A DNA stretch of 64,000 nt from Blastocystis sp. Blastoise (Eukaryota; Protista; Bigyra: Opalinata). The DNA is taken from the NCBI GenBank assembly GCA_039096225.1, contig JBBPEB010000003.1, forward strand, positions 620,001 through 684,000, read 5' to 3'. The notes beneath the pieces were generated by a model, which had not been told where the DNA came from, made no database searches, and worked only from the letters and a program-made list of their open reading frames with translations. This document shows positions 1 to 19,167 of this stretch, one piece after another. Position 1 is the first letter of the stretch, and each line of letters opens with the position of its first letter. Made by a program: the position numbers and the translations under genes.

Positions 1-167
1 ATGATTAATTTAAAATTGGAAGCAGAAAAAGAAACATTCTCATTCTTCAGTTTCTCTTTTTGTTATTTTTTTTTATCATCTCTTTTATTTGGTTGTTTAG
101 ACCCTATATTTATTCCATCGTTCATTTACAAATTTACTTCAGTTGATCATTATTAGCTCTTCACAAT

Positions 168-698
168 ATGAATACGAAAAAGCCTAAATCTCAAAAAACA
201 CTTTCATTTAGTGACGTCATAAGTATTCAAGATCCTGATGGAACTAAGTTTTCTGGAACAATCAATAAAGGCAGACCAAATGGTGTAGGTGAAACATTAT
301 ATGCAACTGGTGAATGTTATAGTGGTGAGTTTAAAAATGGAAAGCCTCATGGTTCTGGTCTATTTGTATATCAAGATGGAGAAATCTATGAAGGAAACTT
401 CAAGAAAGGTAGTTTTGAAGGAAAAGGATCATTTTTCTTTAAAGATGGTTCGTTTTATAATGGTGATTTTCATAAGAATACGATTAATGGCTATGGAATG
501 AAACATTTTTCTAATGGTGATGTTTACGAAGGTGATTGGAAGAATTCAAAGCAAAATGGTAATGGTGCTATGAAATATACTGATGGATCTCGATATGAAG
601 GTGAGTGGAAGAATGGATATCGTCATGGTAAAGGTATTTTTTGGTTTTCAAAAACACCTTCTACATCTTTTACAAGAATCAATAGTCATTTATCAATA

Positions 699-783
<85 letters not shown>

Positions 784-1232
784 TAGAAGATGATTTTTTT
801 CCAGAACAAGAAGAAGATATATCTGAATTAGAAGTTCCTTTATATATGAATTCTATACATAGATATGAAGGTACTTTTGAAAATGATGAAATGAATGGAA
901 AAGGTGTTGAATATTTTTCAGATGGATCCAGATTTAATGGATTTTTTGTTAATGGATATAAACATGGAAAAGGACAATTTATTAATAGAAATGGAGGTAT
1001 ATTCTTTAGAAAATATAATAATAATGTTCTTATATATGAAAAAGAATTAAATTCAAAGTATATATATTAATTATATATATTATTTTTATTATATATTTTT
1101 TTGTTTGATGATATTTATGTTTCTTAAAATTCTTTTTTCTATATATGTTTATAATAATTATTAAATCTCTTATATATATATATATATAGATTTTGTGCTT
1201 GTTTTCAGTTCTTATTCTTCACAGGAATGTAG
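168..1232 (+). CDS. MORN-repeat protein with a poly-Asn insert; 2 exons (168-1057, 1190-1232)
   Basis: Many YxGxFxxGxxxGxG repeats (YSGEFKNGKPHGSG, YEGDWKNSKQNGNG). A GTATATAT donor at 1058 and TATATAG acceptor at 1189 give an in-frame last exon KFCACFQFLFFTGM*. Confidence 0.85.
699..782 (+). repeat. (AAT)n coding microsatellite (about 28 Asn)
   Basis: Direct read of the sequence. Confidence 0.95.
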
Positions 1233-2215
1233 TATTTTCTATTGTATCCTATAGTTTATTCTATATTACTCTATAGAAATTCTATATACTATTCTATATA
1301 TTCTATATTTGATATCTATTTATTATATATATGGTCTAGAAAATTACTCTTCTACAATATATAATAATACTATTTTTAAATACATCTATACTATTTTTTT
1401 TAATTATTTTCTATTATATATATTTGACTATATAGTAATATTATTCTTTCTTTTTCTTTTTAATGATTTTTATTTTTATAATTTTATTTTTATGATTTTT
1501 CTTTTTATACTTTTCTTTTTATGATTTTTCTTTTTATTAATTTTTCTTTTTATGATTTTTCTTTTTATTAATTTATATTTTTAATGATTTTCTTGTTTTA
1601 ACTATTTTTTTTTTGCTTATTGCTTAGTATACTTTATATATATATTTCTATTGTGAATATTTGTAAACTTTTATTTGTTTTTTTTTAATGGTTAGAAATT
1701 ATTATTATTATTTCTTTCCTTCATTTATATATATAAATATATTTATATAAGGATTATATATATTTATATTTATATATCTTTTTTCTTATCTGCATGCTCT
1801 ATTTTTGTATTTATAATTTATATTTATATATTTTTCTGATTGTTGCTTGCCATCGTCATTATCCATTATTATATATATATATATATTTTTTTCTTCTTTG
1901 AAAAACATAATTATCAATAGTTTTCTTTTGATTTCTAATTATTGTTTTGTTTTTAGAATCTATGTTTAAAAGAATGTAATAAACATAGGATACTTTAAAT
2001 AAATATTGACTTCTATATTATATTTGATAGTAATCCAATCACTACATTAAACATTTTTTTATATACAATTCTCAATTCATACTAAAATTAGACAATATAG
2101 AATATTCAATAGAATATCTCTCTATTATTAAATAATGAAAGGCAATATTAACATTTGAATATTGTTGATGAGATAAAACATGTGCTGATTTTGATAAAAT
2201 GAGAAAAAACTATTA

Positions 2216-2218
<3 letters not shown>

Positions 2219-2287
<69 letters not shown>
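2219..2287. repeat. (AT)n intergenic microsatellite
   Basis: Direct read of the sequence. Confidence 0.95.
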
Positions 2288-2289
<2 letters not shown>

Positions 2290-2711
2290 ATTCGACTCTA
2301 TCTAGAATTAATATATTTTTATTTGTTTTTTTTAAATGAAAATGTAAATTAAAATTAAAATATTTTAGTTTGTATTTTTAAATATATGAAATCTATAAGT
2401 ACTCAAAAGTCTTATAGTAGCTACAGATATAATAAGACCAAATTATTGAGAATAATAACTTAATTCTCTCCATTAAATTTGCAACTGTTTACACTCTCTA
2501 TGAGGCATAATTATGAATATGACAATACAAACATATAGTATAATGAACGATATAACTTATAGGATTCATTACTCTTATAATTCTTTGTTATAACAATAAT
2601 TAAATTTTTTTGTAAAATTTTTTATTTTTTTTATTTGCTCTCGTCAGCTTTTAAAACTGATTATTCATAAAATTGATTTTCTATTCATTTCTTTTACAAT
2701 TCTGATTTAAT

Positions 2712-4225
2712 ATGAATTATCTTTGCAATTCGATCTTATTACTAAGTTTATTTGCGGTTGTGACAATAGTAAATCGATTACTAGGTTCACCATATATGTA
2801 TTAGTTTCTTTTTATTTCTACATTATTCTAGCCTTTATAAAGATAGTTCAAGATGTATTTTTTATATCCAAAGACTTTTCGACAAATGAAATAATGAATT
2901 TAAGTGGACGTCATCAATTTTTTATGTCAGTAAATAAGGATGAAAGCAGTAAGGTCATCATTCAATCAACTAATTATACAGAAAAATATATACAAACAAA
3001 TATTAACTTGAATGAAACTCATTTCCACAATGAGATCGATATTATGAAAACAAATCATTCGTTGCCTAATAATGTATCTCAAAACACGGAAACAATATCT
3101 GAGAGGAAGGCAAGATTGATCAAAGAACGTCGTCATCCAAAACCGTTGAAGAATGCATTTGAATATCAACCACCTTCAATAGAAGCTACATATCCTATGG
3201 TATATGGAGTGTTATCTTATGCATATTTGAATGGGACAATTCCTAAACTGTATGAAGAAATTGATATAGCACAACCAGCTGAATTATACAAAAACTTAGA
3301 TTTGAGTATTATGCAACCTTATCATTATCAGAAATCACATCAAATATCAAAACATTATTTTGAATATACACCTGAAACTTATGATATTCCTATAACACGC
3401 CATTTCTCAGTTTATAGTTTTCCTACATTTGATAATCCAAAACATCCATTTGATGATTTACTATTAGTTGGTTTTATTAAAGCAGCACCTGATCGATTTG
3501 GAAATCGTCAAATGATTCGAAAATCATATTTAAATTTTGATAAAGTACCTATGTTAATGAATAAAATTAAAATATATTTTGTATCAACTCCTACAGATGA
3601 TAAAGTATTAACAACTAAGCTTTTAGAAGAGCAAAGAACATATAATGATCTTATTTTAGTAAATACTATTGATACATATTCTAATTTAACATTAAAAACA
3701 TTAATAATGGAAGATCTTTTTGTTGCTTTCAATTCAACATCAAAATATTATATGTCTATGGATGATGATACTTGTGTAGATTTATATCAAATATACTTAG
3801 ATATTTTAATATATGATAAAACGAAGTTTTATTTTGGAAAACATTTAACACAATACCCAACAGATCAATTAATTAAAAAACATTCTGTTCCTTATGATGT
3901 ATTAGATAATGGTTTAAAATTCGCATTTGGTCCTTCTTATATTATGTCACGTGATGTAGTTTTTTGTCATATTCAATATATTCGTCAATTATATGGTTTC
4001 TTTCATGTTGATGATTTACTTGTTGGATATATTTCTTCATTATGTGGTATAGCTCCTCAACAAAGTAATCGATGGATGTGTTCAGCTGTTAAAATGATTG
4101 GACAATCTTTAGAGTTTCCAAAACGTAATTGTACTACAGCTTATGGTTTAGGAAAACCTGAACAATTTAATGAAGTTTGTATTAGTGTTTATTCAAGAGA
4201 CTCTTTGAAGAATAACAAAAATTAA
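2712..4225 (+). CDS. GT31-family beta-1,3-galactosyltransferase-like protein; N-terminal exon structure uncertain
   Basis: Galactosyl_T motifs RQMIRKSY, EQRTYNDLILVNTIDTYSNLTLKT, MDDD (DxD), FGPSYIMSRD and VDDLLVG. The track start is TTG; ATG 2712 begins a hydrophobic signal-anchor-like stretch in another frame, implying an unresolved small intron. Confidence 0.85.
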
Positions 4226-5215
4226 TCATTATTGATTCTTCAAATAAATGGTATTGCTTTTTTTTGTTATTGTTATTATTATTATATTTATAAATATTAT
4301 TATAGTTTACATATTATAATTCTATTTAGAATCTTTTGTTGTTGATACTATTAAGATATATATATTTTTTATTCTATTCTATATATATACGTTCATGTTT
4401 TTATCTTGTTTATTTCTTCTTTGTTTATATGGTGAATAAATATTTGTTATTGTTGTTTTGATATTCATGACTACATATATCATATATATTATATACTATT
4501 CTATTGACATAACTTATTATTTTTTTGCTAAACACTATTGAGAACCATATATGTATACATAATTGATATAATGATATACTTTTGTTTATGCAAGAGATCC
4601 TTATATTACGTAATATATAAATAAAAACAGAAATGACTGCTAGATATAGAAAAACAAGACAATATATATTTAAAAAGTAGATGCATATAAAGTAGACATA
4701 GGAAAACATATTATAAACGGAATACAAAGAATAAATAAAGTTGATCAACAATAATGATGGATTTTTTGTCATTAGAACTATTCTGTAATAATTAAACTTC
4801 ATCTAGAATGACTATTCATAACTAATATCATTCAAGAATAGTACAATAGAGCAAATAAATAAATAAATTTTCATATATACAATGAAAAATCACGTTATTA
4901 CGATTCTTTATACAATAAATCATTTATATTTACGTATGTATTCTTCAAACATAGAGAGTACGTATCACAAAATAGCATAAAAGTCAATAGAATAGACGAT
5001 TATTCTTCCAGTTTTCTAGAAATTCTAAGAAAACCATCCACGTGGACAGAATTCGAGTTTTTCATGGTTTTCTTTAATAGTTATTTGTAAAATATATAAA
5101 GTCCCATAATTATTGGAAAAACAACAATGAATGCTTCTTAGAATAACATATAGTGGTGTATAATTCATTCTATTTCTATTATATAAGTATAAATTATATA
5201 TTTGAATTATAAGAG

Positions 5216-6053
5216 ATGCCTGAACAAAATCAAGCTGGAGGCGAGGAACAACAACAACAACCTCAAATGAACATTTTACAAATGGTTTTTATGTTCTTTG
5301 CTATTCAAATGGTTATGAATAATTTATTTAAACCAAGTCAACCACAATCTGCTACTCAAGATTTTATTAAACAATATAATGAAACTTATAATAGTCAATT
5401 AAAGGTTGATCAACCTCAAGCACCTCAAGGTCTTTTTGGTTCTATGTTTGGATTTGCTAAAGATATTATGCCTGTCAATATGGGTGTTAAAGGAAAAGTT
5501 TATAAGAATGCTCTTCATGCAAATCAATTAATGGTATGATTTTGAATATATATTTATTAGAGTAACTTTCTTGATATTCTTGTTTCTTCAAATCTTTTTA
5601 AAATTCATTATTTTTTGTTGTTATTTTATATAGAAATTACAAGTATATTATTCTGAAAGTGATACTCAAGTTGATTTTTCTGAAGAAAATTTATTATGGT
5701 CTCCTGAAGCTGTTGCTTATAGTTCTGATAGTTCAAATTATCGTGAATATAATGTTACTCTTCCTATAAATGATCATTTATTAAATAATGGTACTGCTTT
5801 TGCTCATATATTCTTTTGTCCTATTGATATTGATATTGATCCTAAATCATCTAATTATGACGAACATCTTATTCATCATGCTATTTATGGTATACATATA
5901 TTATTATTATTATTATTATTTTGTTTTTTTGTAAAATATTATTTTATTAATTATTTATATAGGTCTTACAAAATATAAATTAAATTTAACAGAAGAAGCT
6001 GGTATTAATCTTTTAAATGCAACTAGTGTATTTATAATAATATATATTATTAA

Positions 6054-6091
<38 letters not shown>

Positions 6092-6307
6092 TATATATAT
6101 ATATATATATATATGTATAGTATGAAATTGAGAATAGTCACCATCCCAAGGAAGTATTAGACTATTGGGTACCTATGGTTCATATGTCGATTATACCGAT
6201 GATGAACCCTATTAAAGGAGGAAGTATACCACCTAATATGAAAATGAGTATATATATATTGTTTTTCTTTTTATATATTCATTAATAATTCATTGAATTT
6301 AATTTAT

Positions 6308-6338
<31 letters not shown>

Positions 6339-7488
6339 TAATAATACATATTATTATTTTATCGATTACTATATATATATAGTGACATTAGATGAAGAAA
6401 CAAGTACTTATATGCCAGGTTTAAAAATTAATGAAATTTATTTAATGAATAAATATTTAATAGAATTAAATTCGACAGTTACTTCTTTACCTATAGCTTT
6501 TTCATTTAGTGTATATAGTATGATTAAAGGATCTTTCTTTCAACAAATAGATACAGTTCTAGATATGCAGAAAGGAATGGGTATGGCTTCAGATAATGAT
6601 ATGGATGATATTAAATCAATGTTCTTAGAAACTAATATTTATCTACTTTTACTTACAGGTGTATATATATATATATTTTAATTTATTTTTAATTTATTAT
6701 TATTATTTTTATTTTTTGTTTCCTATTTTTTGTTTTCATTTTTTTTTTATTTAATAGTGTATAATTTATTTTCATATAATATAATAATATTATTATTATA
6801 ATATACTATAATATAATAATAATATATTATAATAGTATAATACTAAAATGCTATACTATATTACTTATATAAATAGGTTGTATCCACTCTTCATTCTGTA
6901 TTTGATTTCTTAGCTTTTAAGAATGATATTCAATTTTGGAGATCTAGAAATAATATGGAAGGATTATCTGTTCGAACTATATTTATGAATTGTTTTGTAA
7001 ATCTTATTGTACTTTTATATTTATTAAATAATGAAACTTCTTTTACTATTATTCTTAGTAATTTTGCAGGTCTATTAATTGAAGTATATATATTATAGTA
7101 TAGTATATTGTTATAATTATTTTATATTTCTTTATTTAATTAGTTTTTTTTCTTTAATTTTATTTACCTATATTAATATTAATAATATATATATATGTAA
7201 ACTATAGTTATGGAAAGTTACAAAAGCTGTAAATATTCGTTTTTATTTTAAAGGAAATAAGCCTGTATTACGTATAACTGATAAGGCATCTTATGGATCT
7301 TCAAAGACAAAAGAATATGATCAAATAGCTATGAAACATCTTATGATGATTCTTTATCCACTTGTAGCGGGTTATGCTATATATAGTTTAGTCTATGAAA
7401 CACATAAAAATTGGTATTCTTGGATATTAACTAGTCTTACGAACTTTGTTTATCTTTTTGGTATATATATATTTATTATATATTTATT

Positions 7489-7519
<31 letters not shown>

Positions 7520-8091
7520 TTTTTATTATTTTTATTATTATTTTTATTATTATTATAATTATTATTATTAATATTATTATTATATTTATTATATTATTAA
7601 TTATTATTTAATATAATAATAATAAATATATATATAATAGGTTTTATTTCAATGACTCCTCAGTTATTTATTAATTATAAATTACATTCTGTTGCTCATA
7701 TACCTATGAATGCAATGATTTATAAGACATTAAATACATTTATTGATGATTTATTCTCTTTTGTTATTAAAATGCCTACTCTTCACAGAATTGCTTGTTT
7801 TAGAGATGATATCCTTTTTATTTATTTATTATTCTTATTACTATTATTATTATTATTATTACTCCAAATATTTTTCTCCAAAACTTCTAATAAATATTTA
7901 TTTCCTTTATTAATATACATATTATCTTCTTCATCTTCTTATATCAAAAATGGATATATCCTGTAGATAAAACAAGAAAGAATGAATATGGTTTCTCCGA
8001 ACTTGATCTTGAACAAATTAATAGTAAAGGAAAAGAAACTGAACAAAAATCTATTCATAGAAAGAAGACAGATAGATTACAACTTGATTAA
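5216..8091 (+). CDS. CLPTM1: CLPTM1-family multi-pass ER membrane protein, 9 exons
   Basis: Spliced translation contains FLETNIYLL, LHSVFDFLAFKNDIQFW, MEGLSVR, YDQIAMKHL, MTPQLFINYKLHSVAH, YKTLNTFIDDLFSFVIKMPTLHRIACFRDDIIFFIFLYQKWIYPVDKTR. Stop TAA at 8089-8091. Confidence 0.93.
7809..7918 (+). other. U12-type (minor spliceosome) AT-AC intron, 110 nt
   Basis: 5' end ATATCCTTT, branch-site-like TTTCCTTTAT at 7901-7910, 3' end TAC. Removal restores FRD/DIIFFIFLYQKW in frame. Confidence 0.9.
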
Positions 8092-8665
8092 TTTTAAACT
8101 CTTATTTATATTTATTTTATTTATATATATATATATTTTCTTGTTTAAAGATGTTATTGTATAACTATAACTATTCTATGTATTCACTAATATTTTTATA
8201 GTAAGTTAAATATTCATTTTTATTGGGCATAACTCTTTTGAATTCTGATATAGATTAAAATTAAAAAGAATTGTTTTGTTTTATTTTTTACATAATTTTT
8301 TAGACGTAACTTTTTATTTATTGGATTTAGAAACATTTATATATATATATATAATGAAAACTAAACAAAATGTATATAATCAAAAATTTTTAATCAGCGT
8401 AAAAGTAATTCTATAAGAAACAGAGAAAACAGTGAAATTAGAATAGTATTACAATTACAATTTACAACTATAAATTATAAAAGATCAACATTAAAAAAAG
8501 AATCTTTTATAAAATAAAAATATACAATAGAAACAAATAATAAAAGAAAGTATATATTCTTATATATATATATAAAGAAAGTATTTACTTGAAATGAATA
8601 AGTATAATATATATTTAATAATAAAAAAGAAAAATAACATATAAGATAGTAAAATATTATTATTT

Positions 8666-10878
8666 TTAGTTTTCAGGAACAGTTACTTGTACAGTATTTT
8701 CTGTAGTTTCTTCAGAAACTTTTTCTTCAGTTTTAGTAGTAGCATTAGATTTATAATTTTTATAAATATAAACAGAGAGAGCAATAACAATTGCAATAAT
8801 AACTATACCGATAGGAAGCGCAATAAGAGTAAGAACAGCAGGATTATGTACTTTATATTGAATAGAATTTTGATCAATAGAAGCTTTTTGTATATAATTA
8901 AGATTAGCATTTTGTTCTTGTAAGAATACTTGATGAATAGAATATTGATCTTCATTAGTAAGAGAATGAAGAGTACTATATGTATAAGGAAGAGCATAAG
9001 AAGGAATAATTAATGTAATAGAAAGACGGTGAACTAATAAAGAAGCTTCTTCAATAGAATTAATAGAAATAGATTGTTGAGTTAAATAAGAATATTTCAT
9101 ATATTTAATTAAACTATTTTTAAAATCAACAATAGTTTTTTCATCATTAAAGCTATCTTTATAAATACCAGAAATAACCATAGACATAGTAATAGAAGTA
9201 TAAGTTTCATAATTTGAAGGATCAATTTCATTATTACAAATACCATTAAGTTCAATAACTCCCCAATGAACAGTTGAACTAGTAGCATCATATATACATT
9301 GTCTTCTTAAAGGACAATTAGGTTTATGAATATTAGAATAATAAGCATATTCACCAGGAAGTGTAGTTTTCCATTCATTTTCAGCAAAACATACAGGAAG
9401 AATTTCAAAAGTAAGTGGGAATTTTATATTAGAATTAGATTTAGGATTTTGAGCATAAATCATAAAAGTAGTAGAAGGAGAAGAATATAAAGGTTTACCA
9501 GTAATAATACCATGTTCATTAATAGAAAGTCCTTCAGGAAGTGGATCATTAATAGAAAATATATAATTAGAAAAAGAAAAAGGAGGATAGAAAAGAACAG
9601 GAGTATGTTTATAAATAATAATATTTTCTTCTGTATATAGATGAGAATTATGTAAATTCATTTGGCAATGATCTTCTTCTTTTTCCCATTGACCATCAGT
9701 ACATACTTGAGACATATAACCATATAAATTATCATTACAAGGACGGAAAGCAGAAGTACCTGAATATGTTTTAGGATATAATTGAGTAGCTTTACAATAA
9801 GAAGTAGAAATAGGTGTAGCAAATAAATAAATATCTTCTTTTTCAATATCAAAATTACAACTACTACTATACATATTGACTCTAAATGAACGATAAGATT
9901 TATTATTCATAAAATGATATGTAAGTTTTGATTGAGATTCATATAAATATTGCTTATCAACATAAGGAATAGAATAAATTAATTCATAATGAATACCATC
10001 AGTAGAACCTTCAATATTAAACATATCCATATCAAGATTATTATTTCTATTTCTAAAAACAATTGTATTAATAGAATCTCTAGGTAATGTTCCAGAATCA
10101 TATTCAACAGAAATATAAGGATAACAATTGACATCTTCAGATCTTAAAGAATTATTTCCATTATTATCTATAGAAGTAGAAATCATATTTAAATTACTAG
10201 TAGAGTATTTTTTTATAGTAGAAACAACAGAAGGAATCTTATTGGCCACATAATTAATCATCCCCATACCAAAATCATAAGATAAAGTTTTTTCATTTTC
10301 TTTATATCTATGTATTTCAACAGCAATAGTATTAACACCTTTTCTCCAAATATTATCATCTGTAGTTTGAACTATTTGTATATTTTGAGGAGTTATATAA
10401 GTATCAGCAGCAGCTTGATCAAAAGGAATATAACCTGCAGGAAGATTTACACGATAAACTTCAATACCATTTACATAAACAACAGCACCATCTCTTAAGA
10501 GCATATTTAATCTGAAAATATAACGATAAACAGGATTAAAAAAAGGAACAGTAATTGTAGTTCTGTAATAAACTGTAGTTACATCAAGAGTAAGATCAAG
10601 AATATTTTCAGTTACATCCCAATAATAAGTATCAAAATCTTCAGTATACCAATATTTACCAGGATCCTTTTCTTTAGCCCAATAAGTCCAAGATTCATCA
10701 ACTGATTGAACATCAGGACCAGGAGTAACAGGAATTACATTCATAGGACCAAGACCTAAATCAAAATCATCAGAATCAGCAAGTGTAAAAACACTGAAAC
10801 CTAAACAATATTATAAACAACAAAAGATTAATAAATAAACTTACAAATAAGTAAAATCATCATAAAAGCAGTTTTCAT
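8666..10878 (-). CDS. Type I single-pass surface protein: signal peptide, galactose-binding-like beta-sandwich, discoidin-like region, Cys modules, putative Ig repeat, TM helix, short tail; intron 10801-10844
   Basis: MKTAFMMILLI/CFSVFTLA signal peptide; DGAVVYVNGIEVYRVN...GVNTIAVEIHR; LPEGLSINEHGIITGKP (He_PIG-like); TM segment VLTLIALPIGIVIIAIVIALSVYIY. Confidence 0.8.
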
Positions 10879-10970
10879 TGTGAATTCAATTAATTAAAAT
10901 AGAATAAAATAAATATGACATTTTATAGAATGTTAAAAAACCTTGCTGAAACAAGTAATAAAACCTCTTG

Positions 10971-11048
10971 ATGACGCATTTCACTAAAGAAAACAAAACA
11001 ACTCCCAATCTTTAGCATTTTAAATAAATTCAAGAAAAATGATTGGCT
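10971..11048 (-). promoter_or_regulatory. Putative promoter elements: CGTCAT (CRE half-site-like) and AGCCAATC (CCAAT box)
   Basis: ATGACG at 10971-10976 and GATTGGCT at 11041-11048. The same pair occurs upstream of the paralogue (41843-41850, 41946-41951). Confidence 0.4.
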
Positions 11049-12088
11049 AATTTTATTTATTGTTTTTAAGAATTCGATTTCCCCTTCTTAGTCATTTCAT
11101 GAGATTTTATTTTACTAAAGACACTTTACTTTTTATAGCGAATTATTTTTTTCTCAAGTGTTTTTATTTTGTTAATTACTATAAGAACCATTCCTTTTTG
11201 AAACTTGCAATAATTGTTTCATTAAATAACAAAAAATGACACTATAAAATGGTGGGTTTTTTTCATTTCTTTAGGGAATTTCTTCGTTTCTTCATTTCTT
11301 CGTTTCTTCGTTTCTTATTATATCTTTCTCTCTTTTATATCTTTCTCTCTTTTATATCTTTTCTCTTTTATATATCATCTACTAGTTACTAGCGTTTTCC
11401 TATAACATTCTTTCAACAACATTTTCTTTAATTTAAAATTTCTCATTCCCGTTTTTATGTTGACAAAAGGTATAAACCTTCACTACGCACTCTTCAGCGT
11501 CATAATATAATATTTATGTATATATGATGTAGCAAACATCATAAAATACTTAAAAAAGCCTATTAAATACAAAAGTGTTTTCTATTTGGCAGAACCATTT
11601 TCATGGGCATTTTTGTTCATATTTTGTATTTTGTTTTGTTGTTTTCTAATCTCAGTAGTGTTTCACAATTGTCTAGATGACAATAAAGGAATATTCAAAC
11701 AATATCTCGTGGATAGAATTTCTTTTTACTTGTGGTTCTTTTATTCATGTAAACTAAATTTTTAGTTATACACTCCTATTTAAGAATCTGATCAATTATA
11801 GAATAGATATATTATGCAAAAGTGGTGTTCAACTGAATTCAGGATGTTTTAAGGAAAGATATATCATTCTATTCGTTTGAAATTGACTTCTTTGACTTTT
11901 CTTTATGATATTTGAATTATTTAGAATAGGTTAAGTATAATATTATTTTGAAAACAATAATTAAAAAAACTTCACATTTATTTTTCTTCGTTTTGGAAAA
12001 AATTATATATTTATTGTTAAATAGATTCGTAATTCGTTGATTGAAACTAATTCTTAAATGATTAAAATGATATTTTATACAAAACGAG

Positions 12089-13352
12089 ATGAAAAATTAT
12101 AGGAATGAGAAAGTATCAACTGTTCAAGATGAGTTATGGAAAAGAAGAATCAACATCAAGTTTGAATTAGATATCCAAATAAATAAAAATCAAGGTTCAA
12201 TACCTTATATTGTAAAATAAAATAAAATAATAATAAAATTAAAATATTTTTTTATAGATTGAAGCCAATCGATATCAATATTTACATTATTTTTATTCGC
12301 TTATTCTTCTTTACTTTCAATTAGATGAGAAAAATCTTGCTTTTGATCATCTTTGGTTTTCTTATAATAACATACCTTTGCGATGGTATAGATATATTGT
12401 TTATTATATATATATTAGGGAACTTTCAATAGGAATTCTTTTCGATTTATATCATATAAAAGACGATATATTCTTTTCAATCACTATTCATAATTCACAT
12501 TATCCTAAAAATGTATATATATATATATTCATTTTATATGTAGATAAAATTATATATATGTTTAATGATATCTATTCATATATATTATTAGATATTGCTA
12601 CCTATAACGTCAGAAAAAGATATATATTGGTCATTTTTTAATTATTATAGAATGGTAATATATAATATATATGAGTTATGAAAATTATTATAATAGGCTG
12701 TTGTTATTGAAGAATCTCAAGTAAATTCTTTATTAAATATTTCACAAATATTTAAAGATTTACTTTGGAAATCAATTCTAAAATGTATATATATGTAATT
12801 TTTTCTTTCTTTTTCTCTCTCTTTATATATATATTTATATTTATAGGTAATATTGAATTATTTCATTCATTTCAACAATTATATATATCAAAACCAATTT
12901 ATTATATTCCTATTATGATATTATTTAACGATCATACTTTTATAATCAAAGTAAAACGTGAATCATGTATATATTACTTATTATATATATGTAACATACA
13001 CATATATAATATATATAATATTATATATATAATATAAAAACAAATATAACATATATATAATCTATATATAGTTTCTGATGAATCCTTATTGAACATTCTT
13101 CAAAAACGGTTTCCTTTTTTTATATATAGAAAAAAAACAAATTCTTTATTATTTATAAGTTCAGAAAACATTCATTCTTCAACACAAAAAGAACAAAAAG
13201 AACAAAAAGAACAAAAAGAACAAAAAGAACAACAATATATATGTATTACACAAGGAATAGAAATCAATTGTCTTGATAATATATATATGTTATGGGAACT
13301 ATTTAAGTATCCTATGGATATACTTGTTATTATCATTCGAAAAGTCAGCTGA
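12089..13352 (+). CDS. ATG5: Autophagy protein 5, 7 exons
   Basis: Spliced translation: ELWKRRINIKF...HLWFSYNNIPLRWELSIGILFDL...ITIHNSHYPKNILLP...WSFFNYYRMA...LLWKSI...YIPI...ITQGIEI...LFKYPMDILVII. This follows the ATG5 motif order; all introns are GT-AG. Confidence 0.8.
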
Positions 13353-13921
13353 TAGCTATGATTTCTTTTATAATTTTGTGTAGTTAACGACATGAACTTC
13401 TGAAAGACTGATTACCAGTTTTTATCATAATTTTTACATTTCATTCTTCTAACATGGTGTTTGCAAACTATATAAACATTCTATACATCAATTAAAGGCA
13501 GATCAGTCGTCAAAAGAATTTATCCTGGTTTTATACAAAGAGTATTCAATTCATTTTCTGACTTTAAGCTCGATTATCAGATATCTAGGATAATAATATA
13601 TAAATCCAAGCATTACTTTATCTTAATATAAATTATTTGACAATATTGATTTAAAAAAGTAGATTTTTCAAAATGTAAACTACTATTTTAAATATACCAG
13701 AGTATAAACCATTTCCTAAATGGCATATAAAAGTAACAAATAATAAATTAAAGAATAAATACAGTTTTAGGGTTATTTGTCTTAACTCTGTTCAAAATAA
13801 AAAAAATAACTCGAATCACTTTTAATAGCATCATTTGTTTGTTTTCTCTATTTATATTTCATTGAAAAAGTTCATTTTAGTTCTTTTCGATATACAATAT
13901 TCTGATCATCAGTTCTACATA

Positions 13922-18552
<4,631 letters not shown>

Positions 18553-18864
18553 TAAAAATCTAGATATATATATAACTTTATTGTTGTGTTTTTTTTTATA
18601 TAATACATACGTTTTCTTAATGATTCAAATTTTTTTAAAGCAATGTAAAAATCACATACAAAAATAATATAACTGTAAAAGCAACGCTATTTATATATAA
18701 TATAACAATAAAACAATAATTTTCATATTTTAGAAATAGAATAAATGATTTAAATGTGTAATGCTATTTTATATTCTTTTAAATAAGAATAGCACATAAA
18801 TTAAATAATAATAAAAAAGATTTTCTAAAATATAATTTGGATTTCTTCTAGAATATATATATAT

Positions 18865-19017
18865 TTATTCTTTAGTATTTTCATGTGATTTTCTTATTCT
18901 TCTAGTTTTTCTTGTTCCTGAAGTTACTTCCATTCCAGGAGGAGGAGCTAATAAGCCATCTTTTATAGCTATTGTAGGCACTATATAAAGAATAATAAGT
19001 AGAATATGATAAGCTAG

Positions 19018-19113
<96 letters not shown>

Positions 19114-19121
19114 TTAATAAT

Positions 19122-19167
<46 letters not shown>

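Noticed and set aside
13355-13600. snRNA or SECIS element downstream of ATG5 (AATTTTGTG; ATGAA..AAA..TGAT)
   Set aside because: No recognisable snRNA 5' motifs, and the helix is too short for a SECIS.
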